Part shown: positions 29,101 through 44,300 of the stretch, piece by piece
Numbering within the stretch: position 1 is the stretch's first letter
Layout: every line of letters starts with the position of its first letter
NCBI GenBank assembly: GCA_043228905.1
Contig: JBHGNT010000132.1
Coordinates: forward strand, 1-64,000
Direction: 5' to 3'
Length of the DNA: 64,000 bases
Source of the DNA: Azolla caroliniana
Taxonomy: Eukaryota; Plantae; Polypodiophyta
Program-made: the position numbers and the translations under genes
Notes under the pieces: model-generated
What the model was told of the DNA's origin: nothing
Seen by the model: only the letters and a program-made list of their open reading frames with translations
Databases searched by the model: none

Positions 29101-32100
29101 CATGTTTGAACACAAAACTCCGATATGACACGAGCCAGGTATGAACATTTCGATTTACTCAAGGGCTCCTCTCAACTCACTCCTCAAATTTGGTAATTTC
29201 GTCATGTCTGTCGACCTGAGTTTCAAAATCTTGATTTTTTAATTCCATATAATAGCTAGCGTTGTTATCTTCGATTCGCATGTTTGAACACAAAACTCCG
29301 ATATGACACGAGCCAGGTATGAACATTTTAATTTACTCAAGGGCTCCTCTCAACTCACTACTCAAATTTGGTAATTTCGTCATGTCTGTCGACCTGAGTT
29401 TCAAAATCTTGATTTTTTAATTCCATATCATAGCTAGCGTTGTTAGCTTCGATTCGCATGTTTGAACACAAAACTCCGATATCACACGAGCCAGGTATGA
29501 ACATTTTCATTTACTCAAGGGCTCTTCTCAACTCACTCCTCAAATTTGGTAATTTCGTCATGTCTGTCGACCTGAGTTTCAAAATCTTGATTTTTTAATT
29601 CCATATCATAACTAGCGTTGTTAGCTTCGATTCGCAAGTTTGAACACAAAAATCCGATATCACACGAGCTAGGTATGAACATTTTCGTTTACCCACTACC
29701 TGCTCTTAACTCACTCCTCAAATTTGGTAATTTCGTCATGTCTGTCGACCTGAGTTTCAAAATCTTGATTTTTTAATTCCATATCATAGCTAGCGTTGTT
29801 AGCTTCGATTCGCATATTTGAACACAAAAATCCGATATGACACGAGCTAGGTATGAATATTTTCGTTTACCCACTAGCTCGTCTTAACTCACTCCTCAAA
29901 TTTGGTAATTTCGTCATGTCTCTCGACCTGAGTTTCAAAATCTTGATTTTTTAATTCCATATCATAGCTAGCGTTGTTAGCTTCGATTCGCATGTTTGAA
30001 CACAAAAATCCGATATGACACGAGCCAGGTATGAACATTTTGATTTACTCAAGGGCTCCTCTCAACTCACTCCTCAAATTTGGTAATTTCTTCATGTCTG
30101 TCGACCTGAGTTTCAAAATCTTGATTTTTTAATTCCATATCATAGCTAGCGTTGTTAGCTTCGATTCGCATGTTTGAACACAAAAATCCGATATCACACG
30201 AGCCAGGTATGAACATTTTCATTTACTCAAGGGCTCCTCTCCACTACTTCCTCAAGTTTGCTAATTTCGTCATGTCTCTCGACCTGAGTTTCAAAATCTT
30301 GATTTTTTAATTCCATATCATAGGTAGTGTTGTTAGCTTCGATTTGCATGTTTGAACACAAAAATCCGATATGACACGAGCCAGGTATGAACATTTTAAT
30401 TTACTCAAGGGCTCCTCTCAACTCACTCCTCAAATATGGTAATTTCGTCGTGTCTGTCGACCTGAGTTTTAAAATCTTGATTTTTAAATTCCATATCATA
30501 GCTAGCGTTGTTATCTTCGATTCGCATGTTTGAACACAGAAATCGGATATCACACGAGCCAGGTATGAACATTTTAATTTACCTCCTAGCTCTTCTTAAC
30601 TCACTCCTCAAATTTGGTAATTTCGTCATGTCTCTCGACTTGAGTTTCAAAATCTTGATTTTTTAATTCCCCATCATAGCTAGCGTTGTTAGCTTCGATT
30701 CGCATGTTTGAAAACAAAAATACGATATGACACGAGTCAGGTATGAATATTTTAATTTACCTCCTAGCTCTTCTTAACTCACTCCTCAAATTTGGTAATT
30801 TCGTCATGTCTCTCGACTTGAGTTTCAAAATCTTGATTTTTTAATTCCCCATCATAGCTAGCGTTGTTAGCTTCGATTCGCATGTTTGAAAACAAAAATA
30901 CGATATGACACGAGTCAGGTATGAATATTTTAATTTACTAAAGGGCTCCTCTCAACTCACTCCTCAAATTTGGTAATTTCGTCATGTCTGTCAACCTGAG
31001 TTTCAAAATCTTGATTTTTTAATTCCATATCATAACTAGCATTGTTAGCTTCGATTCGCATGTTTGAACACAAAAATCCGATATGACACGAGCCAGGTAT
31101 GAACATTTTGATTTACTCAAGGGCTCCTCTCAACTCACTCCTCAAATTTGGTAATTTCGTCATGTCTCTCGACCTGAGTTTCAAAATCTTGATTTTCTAA
31201 TTCCATATCATAGCTAGCGTTGTTAGCTTCGATTCGCATGTTTGAACACAAAACTCCGAAATGACACGAACCAGGTATGAACATTTTAATTTACTCAAGG
31301 GCTCCTCTCAACTCACTCCTCAAATTTGGTAATTTCGTCATGTCTGTCGACTTGAGTTTCAAAATCTTGATTTTTTAATTCCATATCATAGCTAGCATTG
31401 TTAGCTTCGATTCGCATGTTTGAACACAAAAATCCGATATCACACGAGCCAGGTATGAACATTTTCATTTACTCAAGGGCTCCTCTCCACTACTTCCTCA
31501 AGTTTGCTAATTTCGTCATGTCTCTCGACCTGAGTTTCAAAATCTTGATTTTTTAATTCCATATCATAGGTAGTGTTGTTAGCTTCGATTTGCATGTTTG
31601 AACACAAAAATCCGATATGACACGAGCCAGGTATGAACATTTTAATTTACTCAAGGGCTCCTCTCAACTCACTCCTCAAATATGGTAATTTCGTCGTGTC
31701 TGTCGACCTGAGTTTTAAAATCTTGATTTTTAAATTCCATATCATAGCTAGCGTTGTTATCTTCGATTCGCATGTTTGAACACAGAAATCGGATATCACA
31801 CGAGCCAGGTATGAACATTTTAATTTACCTCCTAGCTCTTCTTAACTCACTCCTCAAATTTGGTAATTTCGTCATGTCTCTCGACTTGAGTTTCAAAATC
31901 TTGATTTTTTAATTCCCCATCATAGCTAGCGTTGTTAGCTTCGATTCGCATGTTTGAAAACAAAAATACGATATGACACGAGTCAGGTATGAATATTTTA
32001 ATTTACCTCCTAGCTCTTCTTAACTCACTCCTCAAATTTGGTAATTTCGTCATGTCTCTCGACTTGACTTTCAAAATCTTGATTTTTTAATTCCCCATCA

Positions 32101-35100
32101 TAGCTAGCGTTGTTAGCTTCGATTCGCATGTTTGAAAACAAAAATACGATATGACACGAGTCAGGTATGAATATTTTAATTTACTAAAGGGCTCCTCTCA
32201 ACTCACTCCTCAAATTTGGTAATTTCGTCATGTCTGTCAACCTGAGTTTCAAAATCTTGATTTTTTAATTCCATATCATAACTAGCATTGTTAGCTTCGA
32301 TTCGCATGTTTGAACACAAAAATCCGATATGACACGAGCCAGGTATGAACATTTTGATTTACTCAAGGGCTCCTCTCAACTCACTCCTCAAATTTGGTAA
32401 TTTCGTCATGTCTCTCGACCTGAGTTTCAAAATCTTGATTTTCTAATTCCATATCATAGCTAGCGTTGTTAGCTTCGATTCGCATGTTTGAACACAAAAC
32501 TCCGAAATGACACGAACCAGGTATGAACATTTTAATTTACTCAAGGGCTCCTCTCAACTCACTCCTCAAATTTGGTAATTTCGTCATGTCTGTCGACTTG
32601 AGTTTCAAAATCTTGATTTTTTAATTCCATATCATAGCTAGCATTGTTAGCTTCGATTCGCATGTTTGAACACAAAAATCCGATATCACACGAGCCAGGT
32701 ATGAACTATTTAATTTACCTCCTAGCTCTTCTCAACTCACTCCTCAAATTTGGAAATTTCGTCATGTCTCTCGACCTGAGTTTCAAAATCTTGATTTTTT
32801 AATTCCATATCATAGCTAGCGTTGTTAGCTTCGATTCGCATGTTTGAACACAAAACTCCGATATGACACGAGCCAGGTATGAACATTTCGATTTACTCAA
32901 GGGCTCCTCTCAACTCACTCCTCAAATTTGGTAATTTCGTCATGTCTGTCGACCTGAGTTTCAAAATCTTGATTTTTTAATTCCATATAATAGCTAGCGT
33001 TGTTATCTTCGATTCGCATGTTTGAACACAAAACTCCGATATGACACGAGCCAGGTATGAACATTTTAATTTACTCAAGGGCTCCTCTCAACTCACTACT
33101 CAAATTTGGTAATTTCGTCATGTCTGTCGACCTGAGTTTCAAAATCTTGATTTTTTAATTCCATATCATAGCTAGCGTTGTTAGCTTCGATTCGCATGTT
33201 TGAACACAAAACTCCGATATCACACGAGCCAGGTATGAACATTTTCATTTACTCAAGGGCTCTTCTCAACTCACTCCTCAAATTTGGTAATTTCGTCATG
33301 TCTGTCGACCTGAGTTTCAAAATCTTGATTTTTTAATTCCATATCATAACTAGCGTTGTTAGCTTCGATTCGCAAGTTTGAACACAAAAATCCGATATCA
33401 CACGAGCTAGGTATGAACATTTTCGTTTACCCACTAGCTGCTCTCAACTCACTCCTCAAATTTGGTAATTTCGTCATGTCTGTCGACCTGAGTTTCAAAA
33501 TCTTGATTTTTTAATTCCATATCATAGCTAGCGTTGTTAGCTTCGATTCGCATATTTGAACACAAAAATCCGATATGACACGAGCTAGGTATGAATATTT
33601 TCGTTTACCCACTAGCTCGTCTTAACTCACTCCTCAAATTTGGTAATTTCGTCATGTCTCTCGACCTGAGTTTCAAAATCTTGATTTTTTAATTCCAAAT
33701 CATAGCTAGCGTTGTTAGCTTCGATTCGCATGTTTGAACACAAAACTCTGATATCACACGAGCCAGGTATGAACATTTTCATTTACTCAAGGGCTCTTCT
33801 CAACTCACTCCTCAAATTTGGAAATTTCGTCATGTCTCTCGACCTGCGTTTCAAAATCTTGATTTTTTAATTCCATATCATAGCTAGCATTGTTAGCTTC
33901 GATTCGCATGTTTGAACATAAAAATCCGATATGACACGAGCCAGGTATGAACATTTTGATTTACTCAAGGGCTCCTCTCAACTCACTCCTCAAATTTGGT
34001 AATTTCGTCATGTATCTCGACCTGAGTTTCAAAATCTTGATTTTTTAATTCCATTTCAGAGCTAGCGTTCTTAGCTTCGATTCGCATGTTTGAACACAAA
34101 ACTCCGATATCGGACGAGCCAGGTATGAACATTTTCATTTACTCAAGGGTTCTTCTCAACTCACTCCTCAAATTTGGTAATTTCGTCATGTCTGTCGACC
34201 TGAGTTTCAAAATCTTGATTTTTTAATTCCATATCATAGCTAGCGTTGTTAGCTTCGATTCGCATGTTTGAACACAAAAATCCGATATCACACGAGCCAG
34301 GTATGAACTATTTAATTTACCTCCTAGCTCTTCTCAACTCACTCCTCAAATTTGGAAATTTCGTCATGTCTCTCGACCTGAGTTTCAAAATCTTGATTTT
34401 TTAATTCCATATCATAACTAGCGTTGTTAGCTTCGATTCGCATGTTTGAACACAAAAATCCGATATGACACGAGCCAGGTATGAACATTTTGATTTACTC
34501 AAGGGCTCCTCTCAACTCACCCCTCAAATTTGGTAAGTTCGTCATGTCTCTCGACCTGAGTTTAAAAATCTTGATTTTTTAATTCCATATCATAGGTAGT
34601 GTTGTTAGCTTCGATTTGCATGTTTGAACACAAAAATCCGATATGACACGAGCCAGGTATGAACATTTTGATTTACTCAAGGGCTCCTCTCAACTCACCC
34701 CTCAAATTTGGTAAGTTCGTCATGTCTCTCGACCTGAGTTTCATAATCTTGATTTTTTAATTCCATATCATAGCTAGCGTTGTTAGCTTCGATTCGCATG
34801 TTTGAACACAAAAATCCGATATGACACGAGCCAGGTATGAACATTTTAATTTACCTCCTAGCTCTTCTTAACTCACTTCTCAAATTTGGTAATTTCGTCA
34901 TGTCTCTCGACTTCAGTTTCAAAATCTTGATTTTTTAATTCCCCATCATAGCTAGCGCTGTTAGCTTCGATTCGCATGTTTGAAAACAAAAATACGATAT
35001 GACACGAGTAAGGTATGAATATTTTAATTTACTCAAGGGCTCCTCTCAACTCACTCCTCAAATTTGGTAATTTCGTCATGTCTGTCAACCTGAGTTTCAA

Positions 35101-35700
35101 AATCTTGATTTTTTAATTCCATATCATAACTAGCATTGTTAGCTTCGATTCGCATGTTTGAACACAAAAATCCGATATGACACGAACCAGGTATGAACAT
35201 TTTAATTTACTCAAGGGCTCCTCTCAACTCACTCCTCAAATATGGTAATTTCGTCATGTCTGTCGACTTGAGTTTCAAAATCTTGATTTTTTAATTCCAT
35301 ATCATAGCTAGCATTGTTAGCTTCGATTCGCATGTTTGAACACAAAAATCCGATATCACACGAGCCAGGTATGAACTATTTAATTTACCTCCTAGCTCTT
35401 CTCAACTCACTCCTCAAATTTGGAAATTTCGTCATGTCTCTCGACCTGAGTTTCAAAATCTTGATTTTTTAATTCCATATCATAGCTAGCGTTGTTAGCT
35501 TCGATTCGCATGTTTGAACACAAAACTCCGATATCACACGAGCCAGGTATGAACATTTTCATTTACTCAAGGGCTCTTCTCAACTCACTCCTCAAATTTG
35601 GTAATTTCGTCATGTCTGTCGACCTGAGATTCAAAATCTTGATTTTTTAATTCCATATCATAACTAGCGTTGTTAGCTTCGATTCGCATGTTTGAACACA
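17195..35700 (+). repeat. 40-monomer higher-order repeat (7120 bp, about 2.6 copies)
   Basis: Marker cggacgagcc at 19871, 26991 and 34111 (spacing 7120); ccactacctgctcttaac at about 22573 and 29693. Confidence 0.92.
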
Positions 35701-38379
35701 AAAATCCGATATCACACGAGCTAGGTATGAACATTTTCGTTTACCCACTAGCTCGTCTTAACTCACTCCTCAAATTTGGTAATTTCATCATGTCTCTCAA
35801 CCTGAGTTTCTAAATCTTGATTTCTTAATTCCATATCATAGCTAGGGTTGTTAGCTTCGATTCGCATGTTTGAACACAAAAATCCGATATCACACGTGCC
35901 AGGTATGAACATTTTAATTTACTGAAGGGCTCCTCTCAACTCACTCCTCAAATTTGGTAATTTCTTCATGTCTCTCGACCTGAGTTTCAAAATCTTGATT
36001 TTTTAATTCCATATCATAGCTAGCATTGTTAGCTTCGATTCGCATGTTTGAACACAAAAATCCGATATAACACGAGCCAGGTATGAACTATTTAATTTAC
36101 CTCCTAGCTCTTCTCAACTCACTCCTCAAATTTGGAAATTTCGTCATGTCTCTCGACCTGAGTTTCAAAATCTTGATTTTTTAATTCCATATCATAGCTA
36201 GCGTTGTTAGCTTCGATTCGCATGTTTGAACACAAAACTCCGATATGACACGAGCCAGGTATGAACATTTCGATTTACTCAAGGGCTCCTCTCAACTCAC
36301 TCCTCAAATTTTGGTAATTTCGTCATGTCTGTCGACCTGAGTTTCAAAATCTTGATTTTTTAATTCCATATAATAGCTAGCGTTGTTATCTTCGATTCGC
36401 ATGTTTGAACACAAAACTCCGATATGACACGAGCCAGGTATGAACATTTTAATTTACTCAAGGGCTCCTCTCAACTCACTACTCAAATTTGGTAATTTCG
36501 TCATGTCTGTCGACCTGAGTTTCAAAATCTTGATTTTTTAATTCCATATCATAGCTAGCGTTGTTAGCTTCGATTCGCATGTTTGAACACAAAACTCCGA
36601 TATCACACGAGCCAGGTATGAACTATTTAATTTACCTCCTAGCGCTCTTCTCAACTCACTCCTCAAATTTGGTAATTTCGTCATGTCTGTCGACCTGAGT
36701 TTCAAAATCTTGATTTTTTAATTCCATATCATAACTAGCGTTGTTAGCTTCGATTCGCAAGTTTGAACACAAAAATCCGATATCACACGAGCTAGGTATG
36801 AACATTTTCGTTTACCCACTAGCTGCTCTCAACTCACTCCTCAAATTTGGTAATTTCGTCATGTCTGTCGACCTGAGTTTCAAAATCTTGATTTTTTAAT
36901 TCCATATCATAGCTAGCGTTGTTAGCTTCGATTCGCATATTTGAACACAAAAATCCGATATGACACGAGCTAGGTATGAATATTTTCGTTTACCCACTAG
37001 CTCGTCTTAACTCACTCCTCAAATTTGGTAATTTCATCATGTCTCTCGACCTGAGTTTCAAAATCTTGATTTTTTAATTCCATATCATAGCTAGCGTTGT
37101 TAGCTTCGATTCGCATGTTTGAACACAAAAATCCGATATGACACGAGCCAGGTATGAACATTTTGATTTACTCAAGGGCTCCTCTCAACTCACTCCTCAA
37201 ATTTGGTAATTTCTTCATGTCTGTCGACCTGAGTTTCAAAATCTTGATTTTTTAATTCCATATCATAGCTAGCGTTGTTAGCTTCGATTCGCATGTTTGA
37301 ACACAAAAATCCGATATCACACGAGCCAGGTATGAACATTTTCATTTACTCAAGGGCTCCTCTCCACTACTTCCTCAAGTTTGGTAATTTCGTCATGTCT
37401 CTCGACCTGAGTTTCAAAATCTTGATTTTTTAATTCCATATCATAGGTAGTGTTGTTAGCTTCGATTTGCATGTTTGAACACAAAAATCCGATATGACAC
37501 GAGCCAGGTATGAACATTTTAATTTACTCAAGGGCTCCTCTCAACTCACTCCTCAAATATGGTAATTTCGTCGTGTCTGTCGACCTGAGTTTTAAAATCT
37601 TGATTTTTTAATTCCATATCATAGCTAGCGTTGTTAGCTTCGATTCGCATGTTTGAACACAGCAATCGGATATCACACGAGCCAGGTATGAACATTTTAA
37701 TTTACCTCCTAGCTCTTCTTAACTCACTCCTCAAATTTGGTAATTTCGTCATGTCTCTCGACTTGAGTTTCAAAATCTTGATTTTTTAATTCCCCGTCAT
37801 AGCTAGCGTTGTTAGCTTCGATTCGCATGTTTGAAAACAAAAATACGATATGACACGAGTCAGGTATGAATATTTTAATTTACCTCCTAGCTCTTCTTAA
37901 CTCACTCCTCAAATTTGGTAATTTCGTCATGTCTCTCGACTTGAGTTTCAAAATCTTGATTTTTTAATTCCCCATCATAGCTAGCGTTGTTAGCTTCGAT
38001 TCGCATGTTTGAAAACAAAAATACGATATGACACGAGTCAGGTATGAATATTTTAATTTACTCAAGGGCTCCTCTCAACTCACTCCTCAAATTTGGTAAT
38101 TTCGTCATGTCTGTCAACCTGAGTTTCAAAATCTTGGTTTTTTAATTCCATATCATAACTAGCATTGTTAGCTTCGATTCGCATGTTTGAACACAAAAAT
38201 CCGATATGACACGAGCCAGGTATGAACATTTTGATTTACTCAAGGGCTCCTCTCAACTCACTCCTCAAATTTGGTAATTTCGTCATGTCTCTCGACCTGA
38301 GTTTCAAAATCTTGATTTTCTAATTCCATATCATAGCTAGCGTTGTTAGCTTCGATTCGCATGTTTGAACACAAAAATC

Positions 38380-41300
38380 CGATATCACACGAGCCAGGTA
38401 TGAACATTTTCATTTACTCAAGGGCTCCTCTCCACTACTTCCTCAAGTTTGCTAATTTCGTCATGTCTCTCGACCTGAGTTTCAAAATCTTGATTTTTTA
38501 ATTCCATATCATAGGTAGTGTTGTTAGCTTCGATTTGCATGTTTGAACACAAAAATCCGATATGACACGAGCCAGGTATGAACATTTTAATTTACTCAAG
38601 GGCTCCTCTCAACTCACTCCTCAAATATGGTAATTTCGTCGTGTCTGTCGACCTGAGTTTTAAAATCTTGATTTTTAAATTCCATATCATAGCTAGCGTT
38701 GTTAGCTTCGATTCGCATGTTTGAACACAGAAATCGGATATCACACGAGCCAGGTATGAACATTTTAATTTACCTCCTAGCTCTTCTTAACTCACTCCTC
38801 AAATTTGGTAATTTCGTCATGTCTCTCGACTTGAGTTTCAAAATCTTGATTTTTTAATTCCCCATCATAGCTAGCGTTGTTAGCTTCGATTCGCATGTTT
38901 GAAAACAAAAATACGATATGACACGAGTCAGGTATGAATATTTTAATTTACCTCCTAGCTCTTCTTAACTCACTCCTCAAATTTGGTAATTTCGTCATGT
39001 CTCTCGACTTGAGTTTCAAAATCTTGATTTTTTAATTCCCCATCATAGCTAGCGTTGTTAGCTTCGATTCGCATGTTTGAAAACAAAAATACGATATGAC
39101 ACGAGTCAGGTATGAATATTTTAATTTACTCAAGGGCTCCTCTCAACTCACTCCTCAAATTTGGTAATTTCGTCATGTCTGTCAACCTGAGTTTCAAAAT
39201 CTTGATTTTTTAATTCCATATCATAACTAGCATTGTTAGCTTCGATTCGCATGTTTGAACACAAAAATCCGATATGACACGAGCCAGGTATGAACATTTT
39301 GATTTACTCAAGGGCTCCTCTCAACTCACTCCTCAAATTTGGTAATTTCGTCATGTCTCTCGACCTGAGTTTCAAAATCTTGATTTTCTAATTCCATATC
39401 ATAGCTAGCGTTGTTAGCTTCGATTCGCATGTTTGAACACAAAACTCCGAAATGACACGAACCAGGTATGAACATTTTAATTTACTCAAGGGCTCCTCTC
39501 AACTCACTCCTCAAATTTGGTAATTTCGTCATGTCTCTCGACCTGAGTTTCAAAATCTTGAGTTTTTAATTCCATATCATAGCTAGCATTGTTAGCTTCG
39601 ATTCGCATGTTTGAACACAAAAATCCGATATCACACGAGCCAGGTATGAACTATTTAATTTACCTCCTAGCTCTTCTCAACTCACTCCTCAAATTTGGAA
39701 ATTTCGTCATGTCTCTCGACCTGAGTTTCAAAATCTTGATTTTTTAATTCCATATCATAGCTAGCGTTGTTAGCTTCGATTCGCATGTTTGAACACAAAA
39801 CTCCGATATGACACGAGCCAGGTATGAACATTTCGATTTACTCAAGGGGTCCTCTCAACTCACTCCTCAAATTTGGTAATTTCGTCATGTCTGTCGACCT
39901 GAGTTTCAAAATCTTGATTTTTTAATTCCATATAATAGCTAGCGTTGTTATCTTCGATTCGCATGTTTGAACACAAAACTCCGATATGACACGAGCCAGG
40001 TATGAACATTTTAATTTACTCAAGGGCTCCTCTCAACTCACTACTCAAATTTGGTAATTTCGTCATGTCTGTCGACCTGAGTTTCAAAATCTTGATTTTT
40101 TAATTCCATATCATAGCTAGCGTTGTTAGCTTCGATTCGCATGTTTGAACACAAAACTCCGATATCACACGAGCCAGGTATGAACATTTTCATTTACTCA
40201 AGGGCTCTTCTCAACTCACTCCTCAAATTTGGTAATTTCGTCATGTCTGTCGACCTGAGTTTCAAAATCTTGATTTTTTAATTCCATATCATAACTAGCG
40301 TTGTTAGCTTCGATTCGCAAGTTTGAACACAAAAATCCGATATCACACGAGCCAGGTATGAACATTTTCGTTTACCCACTAGCTGCTCTCAACTCACTCC
40401 TCAAATTTGGTAATTTCGTCATGTCTGTCGACCTGAGTTTCAAAATCTTGATTTTTTAATTCCATATCATAGCTAGCGTTGTTAGCTTCGATTCGCATAT
40501 TTGAACACAAAAATCCGATATGACACGAGCTAGGTATGAATATTTTCGTTTACCCACTAGCTCGTCTTAACTCACTCCTCAAATTTGGTAATTTCATCAT
40601 GTCTCTCGACCTGAGTTTCAAAATCTTGATTTTTTAATTCCATATCATAGCTAGCGTTGTTAGCTTCGATTCGCATGTTTGAACACAAAAATCCGATATG
40701 ACACGAGCCAGGTATGAACATTTTGATTTACTCAAGGGCTCCTCTCAACTCACTCCTCAAATTTGGTAATTTCTTCATGTCTGTCGACCTGAGTTTCAAA
40801 ATCTTGATTTTTTAATTCCATATCATAGCTAGCGTTGTTAGCTTCGATTCGCATGTTTGAACACAAAAATCCGATATCACACGAGCCAGGTATGAACATT
40901 TTCATTTACTCAAGGGCTCCTCTCCACTACTTCCTCAAGTTTGCTAATTTCGTCATGTCTCTCGACCTGAGTTTCAAAATCTTGATTTTTTAATTCCATA
41001 TCATAGCTAGCGTTGTTAGCTTCGATTCGCATGTTTGAACACAAAACTCCGAAATGACACGAACCAGGTATGAACATTTTAATTTACTCAAGGGCTCCTC
41101 TCAACTCACTCCTCAAATTTGGTAATTTCGTCATGTCTGTCGACTTGAGTTTCAAAATCTTGATTTTTTAATTCCATATCATAGCTAGCATTGTTAGCTT
41201 CGATTCGCATGTTTGAACACAAAAATCCGATATCACACGAGCCAGGTATGAACTATTTAATTTACCTCCTAGCTCTTCTCAACTCACTCCTCAAATTTGG

Positions 41301-44300
41301 AAATTTCGTCATGTCTCTCGACCTGAGTTTCAAAATCTTGATTTTTTAATTCCATATCATAGCTAGCGTTGTTAGCTTCGATTCGCATGTTTGAACACAA
41401 AACTCCGATATGACACGAGCCAGGTATGAACATTTCGATTTACTCAAGGGCTCCTCTCAACTCACTCCTCAAATTTGGTAATTTCGTCATGTCTGTCGAC
41501 CTGAGTTTCAAAATCTTGATTTTTTAATTCCATATAATAGCTAGCGTTGTTATCTTCGATTCGCATGTTTGAACAAAAAACTCCGATATGACACGAGCCA
41601 GGTATGAACATTTTAATTTACTCAAGGGCTCCTCTCAACTCACTACTCAAATTTGGTAATTTCGTCATGTCTGTCGACCTGAGTTTCAAAATCTTGATTT
41701 TTTAATTCCATATCATAGCTAGCGTTGTTAGCTTCGATTCGCATGTTTGAACACAAAACTCCGATATCACACGAGCCAGGTATGAACATTTTCATTTACT
41801 CAAGGGCTCTTCTCAACTCACTCCTCAAATTTGGTAATTTCGTCATGTCTGTCGACCTGAGTTTCAAAATCTTGATTTTTTAATTCCATATCATAACTAG
41901 CGTTGTTAGCTTCGATTCGCAAGTTTGAACACAAAAATCCGATATCACACGAGCTAGGTATGAACATTTTCGTTTACCCACTAGCTGCTCTCAACTCACT
42001 CCTCAAATTTGGTAATTTCGTCATGTCTGTCGACCTGAGTTTCAAAATCTTGATTTTTTAATTCCATATCATAGCTAGCGTTGTTAGCTTCGATTCGCAT
42101 ATTTGAACACAAAAATCCGATATGACACGAGCTAGGTATGAATATTTTCGTTTACCCACTAGCTCGTCTTAACTCACTCCTCAAATTTGGTAATTTCGTC
42201 ATGTCTCTCGACCTGAGTTTCAAAATCTTGATTTTTTAATTCCATATCATAGCTAGCGTTGTTAGCTTCGATTCGCATGTTTGAACACAAAAATCCGATA
42301 TGACACGAGCCAGGTATGAACATTTTGATTTACTCAAGGGCTCCTCTCAACTCACTCCTCAAATTTGGTAATTTCTTCATGTCTGTCGACCTGAGTTTCA
42401 AAATCTTGATTTTTTAATTCCATATCATAGCTAGCGTTGTTAGCTTCGATTCGCATGTTTGAACACAAAAATCCGATATCACACGAGCCAGGTATGAACA
42501 TTTTCATTTACTCAAGGGCTCCTCTCCACTACTTCCTCAAGTTTGCTAATTTCGTCATGTCTCTCGACCTGAGTTTCAAAATCTTGATTTTTTAATTCCA
42601 TATCATAGGTAGTGTTGTTAGCTTCGATTTGCATGTTTGAACACAAAAATCCGATATGACACGAGCCAGGTATGAACATTTTAATTTACTCAAGGGCTCC
42701 TCTCAACTCACTCCTCAAATATGGTAATTTCGTCGTGTCTGTCGACCTGAGTTTTAAAATCTTGATTTTTAAATTCCATATCATAGCTAGCGTTGTTAGC
42801 TTCGATTCGCATGTTTGAACACAGAAATCGGATATCACACGAGCCAGGTATGAACATTTTAATTTACCTCCTAGCTCTTCTTAACTCACTCCTCAAATTT
42901 GGTAATTTCGTCATGTCTCTCGACTTGAGTTTCAAAATCTTGATTTTTTAATTCCCCATCATAGCTAGCGTTGTTAGCTTCGATTCGCATGTTTGAAAAC
43001 AAAAATACGATATGACACGAGTCAGGTATGAATATTTTAATTTACCTCCTAGCTCTTCTTAACTCACTCCTCAAATTTGGTAATTTCGTCATGTCTCTCG
43101 ACTTGAGTTTCAAAATCTTGATTTTTTAATTCCCCATCATAGCTAGCGTTGTTAGCTTCGATTCGCATGTTTGAAAACAAAAATACGATATGACACGAGT
43201 CAGGTATGAATATTTTAATTTACTCAAGGGCTCCTCTCAACTCACTCCTCAAATTTGGTAATTTCGTCATGTCTGTCAACCTGAGTTTCAAAATCTTGAT
43301 TTTTTAATTCCATATCATAACTAGCATTGTTAGCTTCGATTCGCATGTTTGAACACAAAAATCCGATATGACACGAGCCAGGTATGAACATTTTGATTTA
43401 CTCAAGGGCTCCTCTCAACTCACTCCTCAAATTTGGTAATTTCGTCATGTCTCTCGACCTGAGTTTCAAAATCTTGATTTTCTAATTCCATATCATAGCT
43501 AGCGTTGTTAGCTTCGATTCGCATGTTTGAACACAAAACTCCGAAATGACACGAACCAGGTATGAACATTTTAATTTACTCAAGGGCTCCTCTCAACTCA
43601 CTCCTCAAATTTGGTAATTTCGTCATGTCTCTCGACCTGAGTTTCAAAATCTTGAGTTTTTAATTCCATATCATAGCTAGCATTGTTAGCTTCGATTCGC
43701 ATGTTTGAACACAAAAATCCGATATCACACGAGCCAGGTATGAACTATTTAATTTACCTCCTAGCTCTTCTCAACTCACTCCTCAAATTTGGAAATTTCG
43801 TCATGTCTCTCGACCTGAGTTTCAAAATCTTGATTTTTTAATTCCATATCATAGCTAGCGTTGTTAGCTTCGATTCGCATGTTTGAACACAAAACTCCGA
43901 TATGACACGAGCCAGGTATGAACATTTCGATTTACTCAAGGGGTCCTCTCAACTCACTCCTCAAATTTGGTAATTTCGTCATGTCTGTCGACCTGAGTTT
44001 CAAAATCTTGATTTTTTAATTCCATATAATAGCTAGCGTTGTTATCTTCGATTCGCATGTTTGAACACAAAACTCCGATATGACACGAGCCAGGTATGAA
44101 CATTTTAATTTACTCAAGGGCTCCTCTCAACTCACTACTCAAATTTGGTAATTTCGTCATGTCTGTCGACCTGAGTTTCAAAATCTTGATTTTTTAATTC
44201 CATATCATAGCTAGCGTTGTTAGCTTCGATTCGCATGTTTGAACACAAAACTCCGATATCACACGAGCCAGGTATGAACATTTTCATTTACTCAAGGGCT

